NCBI GenBank assembly: GCA_965249725.1
Contig: OZ252251.1
Span: 544,001 to 608,000, forward strand
Origin: Longimicrobiales bacterium
GTDB lineage: Bacteria; Gemmatimonadota; Gemmatimonadetes; Longimicrobiales; Gaopeijiaceae
DNA length: 64,000 nt
Direction: 5' to 3'
Shown: piece by piece, positions 45,947 to 55,196 of the stretch
How the letters are laid out: every line of letters begins with the position of its first letter
Position numbering within the stretch: position 1 is the first letter of the stretch
The notes under the pieces: generated by a model
Told to the model about the DNA's origin: nothing
The model's database searches: none
What the model saw: only the letters and a program-made list of their open reading frames with translations
Position numbers and translations under genes: made by a program

Positions 45947-47317
45947 CTATCGCGGGATGCTCACCAGCGCGGCTCCGTCCTTCGCCTCTACCGTCGTCCC
46001 GAAGTGAGCGGAGCGGTCGATCACATCCTGCACGATCTTCCGCCCCAGCTCGCCAGTAGCCGGTAGCGGTCGTCCCCGTACCGACGGTGGCTCGCCGAAG
46101 CCGAGTGTGACCGGGAGCAGGCGTAGCTCAACGAGCTCGCCTCCGCGGAAGGACGGTACGGCGATCGCTCCCTCCCAGATCTCGGGATCCGCCGGGAAGC
46201 TCCGGGTGTCACCTGCATAGCGCTCGTAGTTGAAGGCGCTGACGCCGGCTGTCGGATCCAAGTCGTACCGGGCGAAGTTCTCCGCCGGAAGGCGCAGTAA
46301 CGTCTCGTTCTGGAAGACGAAATCCCCGAGACTGTAGAGGATCGGCTTCCCGTTGTAGATCTCCACACCTCTGAGCACATGGGGCCCGTGCCCCACCATA
46401 ACGTCTGCGCCGGCGTCGATGACGGCGTGGGCGAACTCGATGATGAAATCGGCAGGGATCGTCCGGTGCGCCCCTCCTTCATGAGCGTGGATCGACACTA
46501 CGACGTAGTCGGCCAGCATCTTCGCGTTCCGGACCACCGAGGTGATCGCCGCAACGTCATCGGGATCGGGCGCGGTGTGGATGCCGGTGTCGCTCCCGAC
46601 CTCGAAGCGGTTTCCGAAGACGGTGAATCCGCTACCGCCCTCGGGTACACCGACCCCGACCCCGTCGACCCCCTCTCGCAGGCTCTCGAGTTGGTCACGG
46701 GTCACCACCCGCCAGCGCTCGTGCCGTAAGGGATTGAGTCCGGGACGACCCACCGTGGCCGCTCCCGGCAGGCCCGCGACCGAATGGGCCGTGAAGGTGG
46801 AAGCCAAAGAGATGAGTGCGACGCGACCGTCGGCCGTCTCGAGGAACTTCGCTTCCCGGGCTTCGTTGAGATCCTCGCCTGAGCCGGCGCCCACCAGCCC
46901 GGCCGCTCGTGCATACTGGCGAGTGAGCTGTCCCCCGAGTGGGCCGTAGTCGCCGGTGTGGTTGTTGGCGAACGACACCATGTCGAATCCGGCCCACACC
47001 AGCTCGTCGGCCATCTCCGGGGCGGCGCGCATCCAAGTGCCGCCACTCTGGTAGGCCGGGTAGGGCTCGTAGTCGTGGAGCAGCACCTCGAGGTTGGTGA
47101 AGGCCATGTCGGCGCTTCTCAGGAGGTCGATCATCTCCAGGTAGGACGGCTCTACGTAGGGCGAGAGGGCCCGGGTGATGATGGCGTCACCGGTCAGGGT
47201 CATGGTCATGACCCCGTCGCCGGGAGCCGCCGGATCGGGCACTCCGGATTGGGCGAGGGCTCCTGCAGGTGCCAAGAACGTGAGGGATAAGGCGAATAGT
47301 GCGGATGGAGCGTTCAT
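45947..47317 (-). CDS. CapA/PgsA-family metallophosphoesterase-like secreted protein
   Basis: Signal peptide; TGD, TNLE, ANNHTGDYG, SIHAHE, GADVMVGHGPH, YSLGDF. Confidence 0.9.
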   Translation of the reverse strand: MNAPSALFALSLTFLAPAGALAQSGVPDPAAPGDGVMTMTLTGDAIITRALSPYVEPSYLEMIDLLRSADMAFTNLEVLLHDYEPYPAYQSGGTWMRAAPEMADELVWAGFDMVSFANNHTGDYGPLGGQLTRQYARAAGLVGAGSGEDLNEAREAKFLETADGRVALISLASTFTAHSVAGLPGAATVGRPGLNPLRHERWRVVTRDQLESLREGVDGVGVGVPEGGSGFTVFGNRFEVGSDTGIHTAPDPDDVAAITSVVRNAKMLADYVVVSIHAHEGGAHRTIPADFIIEFAHAVIDAGADVMVGHGPHVLRGVEIYNGKPILYSLGDFVFQNETLLRLPAENFARYDLDPTAGVSAFNYERYAGDTRSFPADPEIWEGAIAVPSFRGGELVELRLLPVTLGFGEPPSVRGRPLPATGELGRKIVQDVIDRSAHFGTTVEAKDGAALVSIPR

Positions 47318-47548
47318 GGTCACCTCAGTACATGGAGTGTGAGCCGCTGAGACCGACGAGGAGCGTGAGGCCCATTAGATATGGGCAGATGGCGAGCAGG
47401 CGATCGTGCATGCAGGGATTCCTCTACGGGTTCCGGGTTCGCCGACGCTAGGCCGCGCTGTCGGCGTTCGCAAGCCGGAGTCGGCGGTCGGGGAGAAGCG
47501 TCGGCGAGGGGCGTCGGCGAAGGGCCCGCCGAGGCGCCACAGGTCGCC

Positions 47549-48850
47549 TCAATGTCCCGTCACGATGCGGACCCCTTCCGCGCTGGCGGCATATCCGAAC
47601 TGGTCTCTGATCTGGCCCGTCGGATCGACGAGGATGATCGTGTCACCCGCGTTGTTCAAGTTGAGCGCCTGTCCACGCCTCTGGGTCGTTGCGGTTCCCC
47701 CTGCTTGGAGGATACCCATATCCGTGAGGGGCCACCGGCGTAGCGCCTCATCGTGTAGGTACCACTCGGCGAGATCGACCGCACCCGGGCCATCGTTCCG
47801 AACGGTGACCTCCTCCAATTCGCGATCCGCCCCGACAGGATTGGGAAGCAGGCTCTCGATCACGATCACGGCGTCAGGAGCCGTCCGGTCCTTGATGTCG
47901 AAGACGTGCTCCTGGGTGCCGTAGCGCACGGTGTACCGGCCCACGCCCCCGTCCACAGTGATGCGGATCGTCCCCTCCGACCCGGCGGGATCGAGGTCGG
48001 CGATGAACGGGTCCGCCACGTTGCCTCCGAGCCCACCCTTCGTGTAGCGGTTGGTCTGGAACACATCAGGGGGCTCCGGTAGAGCCGCGAGGGCCTCGAG
48101 GGTGACCCGACGTGGGTGGCGATAGTCGGCTCGGTCTCCATTGGAGATGATGACCGCGGTTGGTGAGAGGTCCTGGATGAAGGCCGCCGAAGTACTCGAA
48201 TGGGATCCGTGGTGGTTGGCCTGATAGACGTCCACGTTCGTGACCGCGTCGAGAGTGGCGATCTTCTCTTCCGTGAAGGACTCGATGTCTCCTCCGACGA
48301 AGAGCCGGAAGCCCTCCCACTCGATGAGGAGAGCTACGCTCATGTCGTTCTCGTCGCGTCCTGGTTGGGCGTTCTGCTCACCCATGACGACCCCGCCAGA
48401 GGCGATGCAGGTCACCATGACGGTTCCCAGCGTGAAGGACTCTCCGCGCTGCAGGTGTTGGGCGCGGTGTCCGATGGCCGTGTCGTACTCGACGTAACGT
48501 AGGCCTGTCGTCTTGCTGGCCGGAAGGAAGCCCTTGTCGCCTCGGTCGTACGCGTTGAGGATCGGAATCGCAGGTGAGGAGGTCAGCTCGTCGATCCCTC
48601 CGTAGTGGTCGGAGTGGTAGTGGGTGGTCACGAAGTGGTCGATTCTCTCGACCTCGGCTTCCGCCAGTACCTGTCGGATCGTTTGGCCGCGGCCGTTGTC
48701 GCCGGCATCGATCAGCAGACTCTCACCCGTCGGCGAGACGACTAGCGTGGCATCCCCTTGGTCCACGTCGATGTGGTAGATCTCCAGCTGTTGGCCGGAA
48801 AGAGGCGTTCCGAGGAGGCTCGCCACCAGGGTAACGACAGCAAGCCGCAT
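47549..48850 (-). CDS. Secreted ComEC/Rec2-type metallo-beta-lactamase-fold hydrolase with C-terminal lamin-tail domain
   Basis: IDVDQGDATL, LIDAG, THYHSDHYGG, NDMS, GGD, NHHGS, HP. C-terminal IVIESLLPNP...EEVTVRN..VDLAEWYLHD...LNNAGDTIILVD. Confidence 0.88.
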   Translation of the reverse strand: MRLAVVTLVASLLGTPLSGQQLEIYHIDVDQGDATLVVSPTGESLLIDAGDNGRGQTIRQVLAEAEVERIDHFVTTHYHSDHYGGIDELTSSPAIPILNAYDRGDKGFLPASKTTGLRYVEYDTAIGHRAQHLQRGESFTLGTVMVTCIASGGVVMGEQNAQPGRDENDMSVALLIEWEGFRLFVGGDIESFTEEKIATLDAVTNVDVYQANHHGSHSSTSAAFIQDLSPTAVIISNGDRADYRHPRRVTLEALAALPEPPDVFQTNRYTKGGLGGNVADPFIADLDPAGSEGTIRITVDGGVGRYTVRYGTQEHVFDIKDRTAPDAVIVIESLLPNPVGADRELEEVTVRNDGPGAVDLAEWYLHDEALRRWPLTDMGILQAGGTATTQRRGQALNLNNAGDTIILVDPTGQIRDQFGYAASAEGVRIVTGH

Positions 48851-48903
48851 TGCGGTCTCCAGAGAAGGAACCACGGGGGGCGTGCGGTGCTCCAGTGGAC
48901 GTG

Positions 48904-49311
48904 CTAGAGGAACACCGCGATGAAGAGTGCGGCCAGGATGCCACCCGCACCGACGGTCAGCAGGATGGTCACCAAAATGACGACGAAAGTGAGCAGGTTG
49001 TTCAAGCTCCCGAGCGCCGACATGAGATGGGAGATGTCGCTTCCTTCGGTGGTCACGATGCGTCGCAGCGATCGAGCGACGCCGAAGGTCAGGACCCCGG
49101 TGACCGTGTAGAGGAGCGTGACGAGTGCCGTATATCCGCCGCCTCCGAGTATGGCGGGGATGCCGAGCAGCGCGAGGATGACGAGCAGAACCGCCAGATA
49201 CCGCATCCGATTGGACAGCCCCTTGAAGAGGTCGTCGTCCTCGGGGCTGCACTCGTAGCCCCCTCCGGTGGCAGGAGTGCCGGCGGCCTCCATGCTGGTA
49301 ACGTCCTCCAT
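48904..49311 (-). CDS. Small membrane protein of unknown function (about 3 TM)
   Basis: Hydrophobic segments, IVTTEGSDISHLMSAL motif, gagga RBS. Confidence 0.75.
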   Translation of the reverse strand: MEDVTSMEAAGTPATGGGYECSPEDDDLFKGLSNRMRYLAVLLVILALLGIPAILGGGGYTALVTLLYTVTGVLTFGVARSLRRIVTTEGSDISHLMSALGSLNNLLTFVVILVTILLTVGAGGILAALFIAVFL

Positions 49312-49388
49312 CGCGGTCCTCAGGTGTAATGAATCCTTCCACATTGAAGCGGAGGCTCCCGCGAATCAAGCCCCGACCCGATGTAGGG

Positions 49389-50396
49389 TCAGCCCGACAG
49401 CCAGCGCATGACGTTGAGGAGGAAGCGGGCGTTGTGTCGCGCCTCCGGGGCGTTCATCCCGAATGGGATGGGGCCGGTCTCCCACTCCTGGATTTGGGCG
49501 GAGAAGGCTGCCGCCTCACCGAAGAAGGCGACCCGGCCTTCGCCGTGCTCGACCAGGGCGCCTTGTAGCAGCCCTGCTCCCGGGATCCGAGGTGCGTCCT
49601 GATCGAAGTCCCACGCCCGCGTGGGGAGAAGCACGTACGAATCATCGGCGAGCAGGAAGAGCGGGTGCGCGATGACCTCGGGCAGAATACGGAACGCCTG
49701 TCCGGTAAACGTCACTACGAAGGGAATCTCTCCTCCCCCCTCATCGCGGGTGACGACGTGATCCGCGAGCTGTCCCGATTCCTTCGAGAAGACCATCGTA
49801 TGCGTGCTGTCGGCGTTGAACGCGTACCCGTCGTGGAAGACCACGCCGAACGCCAACGCGAGGTTCTCGGCAGCTCCCGGCATGGGCATGTGGTCTGCGA
49901 TCAGCATCAGCCGGCCGCCTCTCCGGATCCACGCTTCCGCGGCTTCGACCTCGTCTGCCGTGAAGGCAGCGGGGGTAGGCAGGCTCCACTCCTCTTCCTT
50001 TTCCTCTGCGAGCGCGTTCGAGATTACCAAGACGTCGAGCGTATTGAGCGCGTCGACGGAAAAGACCGACGTGGAGGCACCGACGCTGTACCCGTCTGCC
50101 CGGAGCACCTCCGCGAAGGAGCGATAACGCCCGTCGACTCTGTGGTAGTTGTGATGGGCCTCGTCGATCCCCACCACCGGGCCCAGGCCCGTCTCGTACG
50201 TGGGCTCACCTGCATCGGGCACGGTGAAGCTCGTGTCCTGATACTGCACCGTGCCGTCCGTCCGGTCGTCAGCAGTACAGCCGCTCAGGATCAACACCCC
50301 GGACAACTGAAGCCCTGTTGCGCACCAGCGTATGGGCAGAAGGGGTGACGGCCGGCGGCCGTCACCCCTGTTGCTGTGCGGCCTGCGTGACGTCAC
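49389..50396 (-). CDS. DUF4350-like / class I GATase-like fold lipoprotein
   Basis: LSGC lipobox, GIDEAHHNYH, DVLVISNA, GGRLMLIADHMP, GEGRVAFFGEAAAFSAQ. GTGA overlap with the amidase stop. Confidence 0.78.
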   Translation of the reverse strand: MTSRRPHSNRGDGRRPSPLLPIRWCATGLQLSGVLILSGCTADDRTDGTVQYQDTSFTVPDAGEPTYETGLGPVVGIDEAHHNYHRVDGRYRSFAEVLRADGYSVGASTSVFSVDALNTLDVLVISNALAEEKEEEWSLPTPAAFTADEVEAAEAWIRRGGRLMLIADHMPMPGAAENLALAFGVVFHDGYAFNADSTHTMVFSKESGQLADHVVTRDEGGGEIPFVVTFTGQAFRILPEVIAHPLFLLADDSYVLLPTRAWDFDQDAPRIPGAGLLQGALVEHGEGRVAFFGEAAAFSAQIQEWETGPIPFGMNAPEARHNARFLLNVMRWLSG

Positions 50397-51943
50397 AGCG
50401 CCGGGAAGCCTGCCGGTGGACGCCTGTGGTGTGTACCCTGCTCGTATGCGTAGGCCAACCGGAAGAGGCGCAGCTCGTCATAGGGTCGCCCGAGAATCTG
50501 GAGTCCGGCCGGGAGCGTTCCGTAGGTGAACCCCATGGGCACGGTGATGGCGGGCATGCCCGTCGCGGGCGCCACGAGTTGGCTATTGTCCCCGAGGTAC
50601 TCCTCTCGGGCTCGATCCAGATGGGCCGGGGGGTTCGTCCAGCTGGGGTAGATGATCGCGTCCACCTCGGCCCCGTCCATGGCCGCCTGCAGTTCGCCGA
50701 GGTAGCCTTGCCGCTGATCGTGCTCGGCAAAGTCGGGGCAGGGCGTCTCCCAGTCGCGCGGGTGCACGTCCATGGGCATCTCTTCATGACGACGCAGAGA
50801 CTGCTCCGAGTAGTCGGCGTACTGTCCGGTCTCGAGCACCTCGAGAACGTCCCGGATCGGAGCGTCCTCTCCGAGGGATGACAGATACTGGTACATGTCG
50901 TAGCGGAATCGCCGGCAGAACATGCCCTCTCGATCGAGTTCCGCCTGGAGGTCGAAATCGAGGGGATCCACGATCGTGGCGCCGAGGCGGGCCAGGTCCG
51001 CCACGGCCTCTTCGAAGACGCGAACGACCGCGGTGTCGGCGTCTTCGGTGTTCACGAGCTGGCGTAGCACGGCGATGCGTGCGCCCTGCAGACCGTTCGG
51101 ATCCAGCGCGACCGTGTAGTCGGCTTCCTTCCGGTCGCGTCCGGCTTCGGTGTACGGATCGGCGGGATCATAGCCGGCTACAACGTTGAAGATCCGTGCC
51201 GCGTCCTCGACGCTGCGGGCCATCGGGCCCGCGATGTCCCGGTCGAAGGAGAGCGGAATGACCCCGTCCCTGCTGGTGAGGCCGATCGTGGATCGGATCC
51301 CCACCAGAGCCAGGTGTGAGGAGGGGCCACGGATGGAGTTTCCCGTGTCGCTGCCCAGCCCGGCCACTCCGAAACTGGCGGCGACGCCCGACGCGGTGCC
51401 ACCACTGGATCCCGCTGGCACGCGGTCGAAGGCGTAGGCATTCGACGTCGTGTCGTAGGACGAACTCACAGTCTGGCGAGCGCTGAAGGCCCACTCCGCC
51501 ATGTTCGTCTTCGCCACGATGACCGCTCCGGCCTCTCGGATACGACGCACCATGAAGGCATCGTCCGGAGGCAGGCTTCCCATGAGGGCTATCGAGCCAC
51601 CGGTCGTGGGTAGGTCGTAGGTGTCGAAGTTGTCTTTGATGAGCATCGGGGCACAAAAGAGCTGCGGTGGCTCGAGGCCTGCCGCGAGGAGCCCGTCCAG
51701 ATCATCGGCCCGGGAGAGTGCGTTCGGGTTCACCACCGTGATCGCATTGACGGTCGACTCGTCGTAGGCCTCGATCCGGTCCAGGTAGGCCTGGACCACA
51801 GCCCTACACGTGGTCTGCCCACTTACGATGGCGTCCTGGATCTCCGCGATGGATGCTTCGACCACATCGAACGACCCGGACTGACAGGCCAGAGAGGAAA
51901 GCGCGAGCGCCATGACGAAAAAGCTGACTCTGTTGGACCGCAT
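50393..51943 (-). CDS. Amidase signature family protein, lipoprotein
   Basis: LAC lipobox, IKDN, KTNM, GSSGGTA, GSDTGNSIRGPS. Confidence 0.93.
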   Translation of the reverse strand: MRSNRVSFFVMALALSSLACQSGSFDVVEASIAEIQDAIVSGQTTCRAVVQAYLDRIEAYDESTVNAITVVNPNALSRADDLDGLLAAGLEPPQLFCAPMLIKDNFDTYDLPTTGGSIALMGSLPPDDAFMVRRIREAGAVIVAKTNMAEWAFSARQTVSSSYDTTSNAYAFDRVPAGSSGGTASGVAASFGVAGLGSDTGNSIRGPSSHLALVGIRSTIGLTSRDGVIPLSFDRDIAGPMARSVEDAARIFNVVAGYDPADPYTEAGRDRKEADYTVALDPNGLQGARIAVLRQLVNTEDADTAVVRVFEEAVADLARLGATIVDPLDFDLQAELDREGMFCRRFRYDMYQYLSSLGEDAPIRDVLEVLETGQYADYSEQSLRRHEEMPMDVHPRDWETPCPDFAEHDQRQGYLGELQAAMDGAEVDAIIYPSWTNPPAHLDRAREEYLGDNSQLVAPATGMPAITVPMGFTYGTLPAGLQILGRPYDELRLFRLAYAYEQGTHHRRPPAGFPAL

Positions 51944-52114
51944 GGTGAACTTCCTGGATGGGTGATTCACGAGTCTGAGACTCCACCAAGATCGGTGGTA
52001 AGGTCTGGGTTGTCGACCGGGGAAGGTGTCTCCCGGCCTCGCCCCCTCATATGTTGGCGGATCGCTCTTCGGGAGGCTCGCGCCTTTCCACGATTCGATG
52101 TTCAGGAGTTCGCC

Positions 52115-52966
52115 ATGCTCCGTTTCAAAGCCTTATTCGTCCCGCTGCGGGTAGCGGTGCGTGAATTGACCTGCCCGCGCACATACTGGTCCCGTACGGT
52201 GGCAGTGCTCCTGCTCGCCCTTGCCGGCCCCACCAGGGCATTAGGGCAGGACACCGCCCGTCCGCCCGGAGAGCGTGAGTTCCGAGCCCACTGCGCCCGC
52301 TGCCACGGAATCGACGGGGCCGGTGGGGAGGGCCCGAGCTTGGCGCGGCCCTTCCTGACCCGGGTCAGAGACGAGACCGGACTGGCGTCCCTAATCCTGA
52401 ACGGCATTCCGGGCACTGGCATGCCGGGCACGTGGTTCTTCTCCGCAACCGAGATCGAAGGACTGATCTCGTACGTGACTGCGCTGGGGCGCACACCCAA
52501 CGAGCCACTCACCGGTGATCCCGATCGGGGAAGGGCATTGTTCGAGAATAAGGGAGCCTGCACGACCTGTCACACGGTGGGCGGCTTCGGAACCAATAGG
52601 GGTCCGGACCTCTCGGCGGTCGGGGCCCGGCGCGGTGCCGGATACCTCTACGAATCCCTGATCGATCCCGGGGCGACGCTGCCGGAGGGCCTGACGGTCC
52701 TCCCGGTCGGCTTCTCGGACTACCTGCCCGTTCGCGTCGTGACACGCACCGGCGCGGAACTGAACGGTTATCGCGTCAACGAGGACTCGTACACGCTCCA
52801 GATCCGCGACGACGAGGGCCGGATCCTCTCCCTTCGCAAGCTAGATCTGGATGCGCTCGAGAAGCAGTTCGATGCGAGCCTGATGCCGAACTTCCGAAGC
52901 ACCTTCTCCGACGGAGAGTTGGACGACGTCGTAGCCTATCTCGCCAGCCTCAGGGGGCAGTCATGA
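52115..52966 (+). CDS. Di-heme c-type cytochrome (start uncertain)
   Basis: CARCH and CTTCH, GIPGTGMP, GPDLS, SLMP. ATGA overlap with the PQQ dehydrogenase. Confidence 0.88.
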   Translation: MLRFKALFVPLRVAVRELTCPRTYWSRTVAVLLLALAGPTRALGQDTARPPGEREFRAHCARCHGIDGAGGEGPSLARPFLTRVRDETGLASLILNGIPGTGMPGTWFFSATEIEGLISYVTALGRTPNEPLTGDPDRGRALFENKGACTTCHTVGGFGTNRGPDLSAVGARRGAGYLYESLIDPGATLPEGLTVLPVGFSDYLPVRVVTRTGAELNGYRVNEDSYTLQIRDDEGRILSLRKLDLDALEKQFDASLMPNFRSTFSDGELDDVVAYLASLRGQS

Positions 52967-54555
52967 AAAGGATCGCGCTGATCATGTGGGTGGTCGTTGC
53001 CGTCCCCGGAGCACTTTCGGCGCAGGTGTCGTTCGAGCGCCTCGTACGAGCGGTGGAGGAGCCTCACAACTGGCTCACCTATTCCGGCTCGTATGCGTCG
53101 GAGCGGTACTCGTCGCTCGACGAGATCGACCGAAACACGGTCTCCGATCTGAAGGTGAAGTGGGTATACCAGATGCGGAACCCCGGTCTCGTCGAGACGA
53201 CCCCCATAGTGGTCGACGAAGTCATGTACATCACTGAGCCTCCCAGCACTGTAACGGCCCTCGATGTGCATACTGGACGTCGTCTGTGGACTTGGTCTCC
53301 GTCGATGCCTCCCGGGGTGTTGGCGATCGGTTTCCCCGAGGTTAATCGGGGCGTGGCCGTCCTCGACGACATGGTCTTCGTAGGAACGCTGAACGCTCAC
53401 TTGGTTGGGTTGGACGCGGCCTCGGGGACCGTTCGTTGGGACGTAGAGGTCGCGGACAACTCGATCGGATTTGCGATCACCGCTGCGCCACTGGCCGTAG
53501 ACGGGAAGATCATCATCGGTGTGAGTGGGGCCGAGGCCGGCGTGCGCGGTTTCGTGGACGCCTACGACGCCACCACGGGGGAGCGCATCTGGCGCCGGTA
53601 CACGGTGCCGGCCCCTGGGGAGCCCGGCAGCGAGACGTGGGGTGGGGACAGCTGGAAGACTGGAGGAGGGTCCACGTGGCTGACCGGCTCCTACGATCCC
53701 GATCTCAACCTCCTGTACTGGGGCATCGGGAACCCCGCCCCCGATTGGAATGGCGATGAGCGCCCGGGCGACAACCTCTACACCTGCTCCCTCATGGCCC
53801 TAGATGCCGACACGGGCGAGATGCGCTGGTACTTCCAATTCACACCCCACGACGTTCACGACTGGGACGCCAACGAGATTCCGCTCTTGATGGACCTGGA
53901 GATCGACGGACGCATGCGGCGGCTCGTCACGATGGCGAACCGCAACGCGTTCTACTACGTGCTCGACCGGGAGACCGGTGAGTTCATCACCGGCCGCGAG
54001 TATTCGAAGTAGACGTGGGCGTCTGGACTCGATGAGAACGGTCGTCCCATGGTTCTGCCCAACACGACGCCCACCGAAGAGGGCAACCTGGTGTGGCCCA
54101 GCCTCCAAGGGGCCACCAACTGGTTCAGCCCGAGCTACAGTCCCGACACGGAGATGGTCTACGTGGCCAACAGGGAGATGGGGTCCGTCTACTTCAAGGG
54201 TGAGGTGGAGTACGAGCCTGGAAAGCCCTTCATGGGCGGTGGAGAGCAGGCCATGAGCGGGGATGAGGCTTCGGGCTCGGTGAAGGCGCTCGACGTGCGG
54301 ACGGGGGAGGTCAGGTGGCGGTTCGGGCTGCTATCGCCCCCGTGGGCGGGTGTCATGTCGACCGGGGGTGGGCTGGTGTTCGGTGGTACCAATGAGAGCA
54401 ACTTCTTCGCGCTGGACGCCGACACGGGAGAGTCGTTGTGGGACTTCCACTCGGGTGCTGCAGCGCGATCGAATCCGATGTCGTTCGAGGTGCAGGGTCG
54501 GCAACGCGTCGCCATGGCAGCGGGTGGGGCTCTCTTCGTGTTCGGGCTGCCCTAG
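52963..54555 (+). pseudogene. PQQ-dependent dehydrogenase (methanol/ethanol superfamily) interrupted by an in-frame TAG at 54010-54012
   Basis: ORFs 52963-54012 and 54049-54555 share a frame and read ...GREYSK*TWASGLDENGRP...; signal peptide, Trp-docking repeats, GAE, GNPAP, HDWDANE, GATNW. Confidence 0.85.
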
Positions 54556-54574
54556 GCCTCGTCAGAGGGCAGCT

Positions 54575-55135
54575 TCAGACGGCGTAGTAGGGTGCCATCA
54601 GCACGTAGACCAGCACGCCGGTGACGGATACGTACATCCAGATCGGCAGCGTCCAGCGAGCCAGCCGGCGGTGTTTCACGAACTCCCCACGCACGGCTCT
54701 CGCTAATGTGAACAGGACAAACGGCACCACGATCGGCGCCAGCGAGATGTGGGTGATGAGGATGAAGAAGTAGGTGGGGCGCACCCAACCCTCTCCCCCG
54801 AAGTGCGACTGTGGCGCCTGTGAGTGGTACGTCACGTACGAGATCAGAAACAGGCAGGACAGCACGAAGCTCGTGCACATGAGGGAGATATGCGTCTTGC
54901 GACGTCCGCTCCGGATCGCGATGTACGCTGATGCAAGCAGGATCGCAGTGGTGCCGTTGATGATCGCGTGCATGCGCGGGAGTCCCGATACGTCCAATCC
55001 GTCGAGCTGGAATACCTGTGGGAAGGCCGCGAGTGCGGCGACGAGCCCGCCGACCAGAAGGGTCAGCGCGAAGATGCCGATCCACAGAGGACGTTCGCTC
55101 CGGTCGCTCGCCTGCTGGTCTGTGGATTCGCTCAT
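54575..55135 (-). CDS. DUF420 (YozB-like) membrane protein
   Basis: HAIING, FLISYVTYH, YFFILITHISLA, HRRLARWTLPIWMYVSVTGVLVY. Confidence 0.9.
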   Translation of the reverse strand: MSESTDQQASDRSERPLWIGIFALTLLVGGLVAALAAFPQVFQLDGLDVSGLPRMHAIINGTTAILLASAYIAIRSGRRKTHISLMCTSFVLSCLFLISYVTYHSQAPQSHFGGEGWVRPTYFFILITHISLAPIVVPFVLFTLARAVRGEFVKHRRLARWTLPIWMYVSVTGVLVYVLMAPYYAV

Positions 55136-55196
55136 ACCCGATCTGACAATCAGGGAGGGACGGGGTCGGGTGTCTGGTTCGGCGAGTGGCGCGCGA

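Noticed and set aside
45947..47317. Poly-gamma-glutamate capsule locus
   Set aside because: No capB or capC is present; stand-alone CapA-domain proteins are common.
54010..54012. Genome-wide TAG reassignment
   Set aside because: TAG terminates many genes here at their expected family C-termini; only one internal TAG was found.
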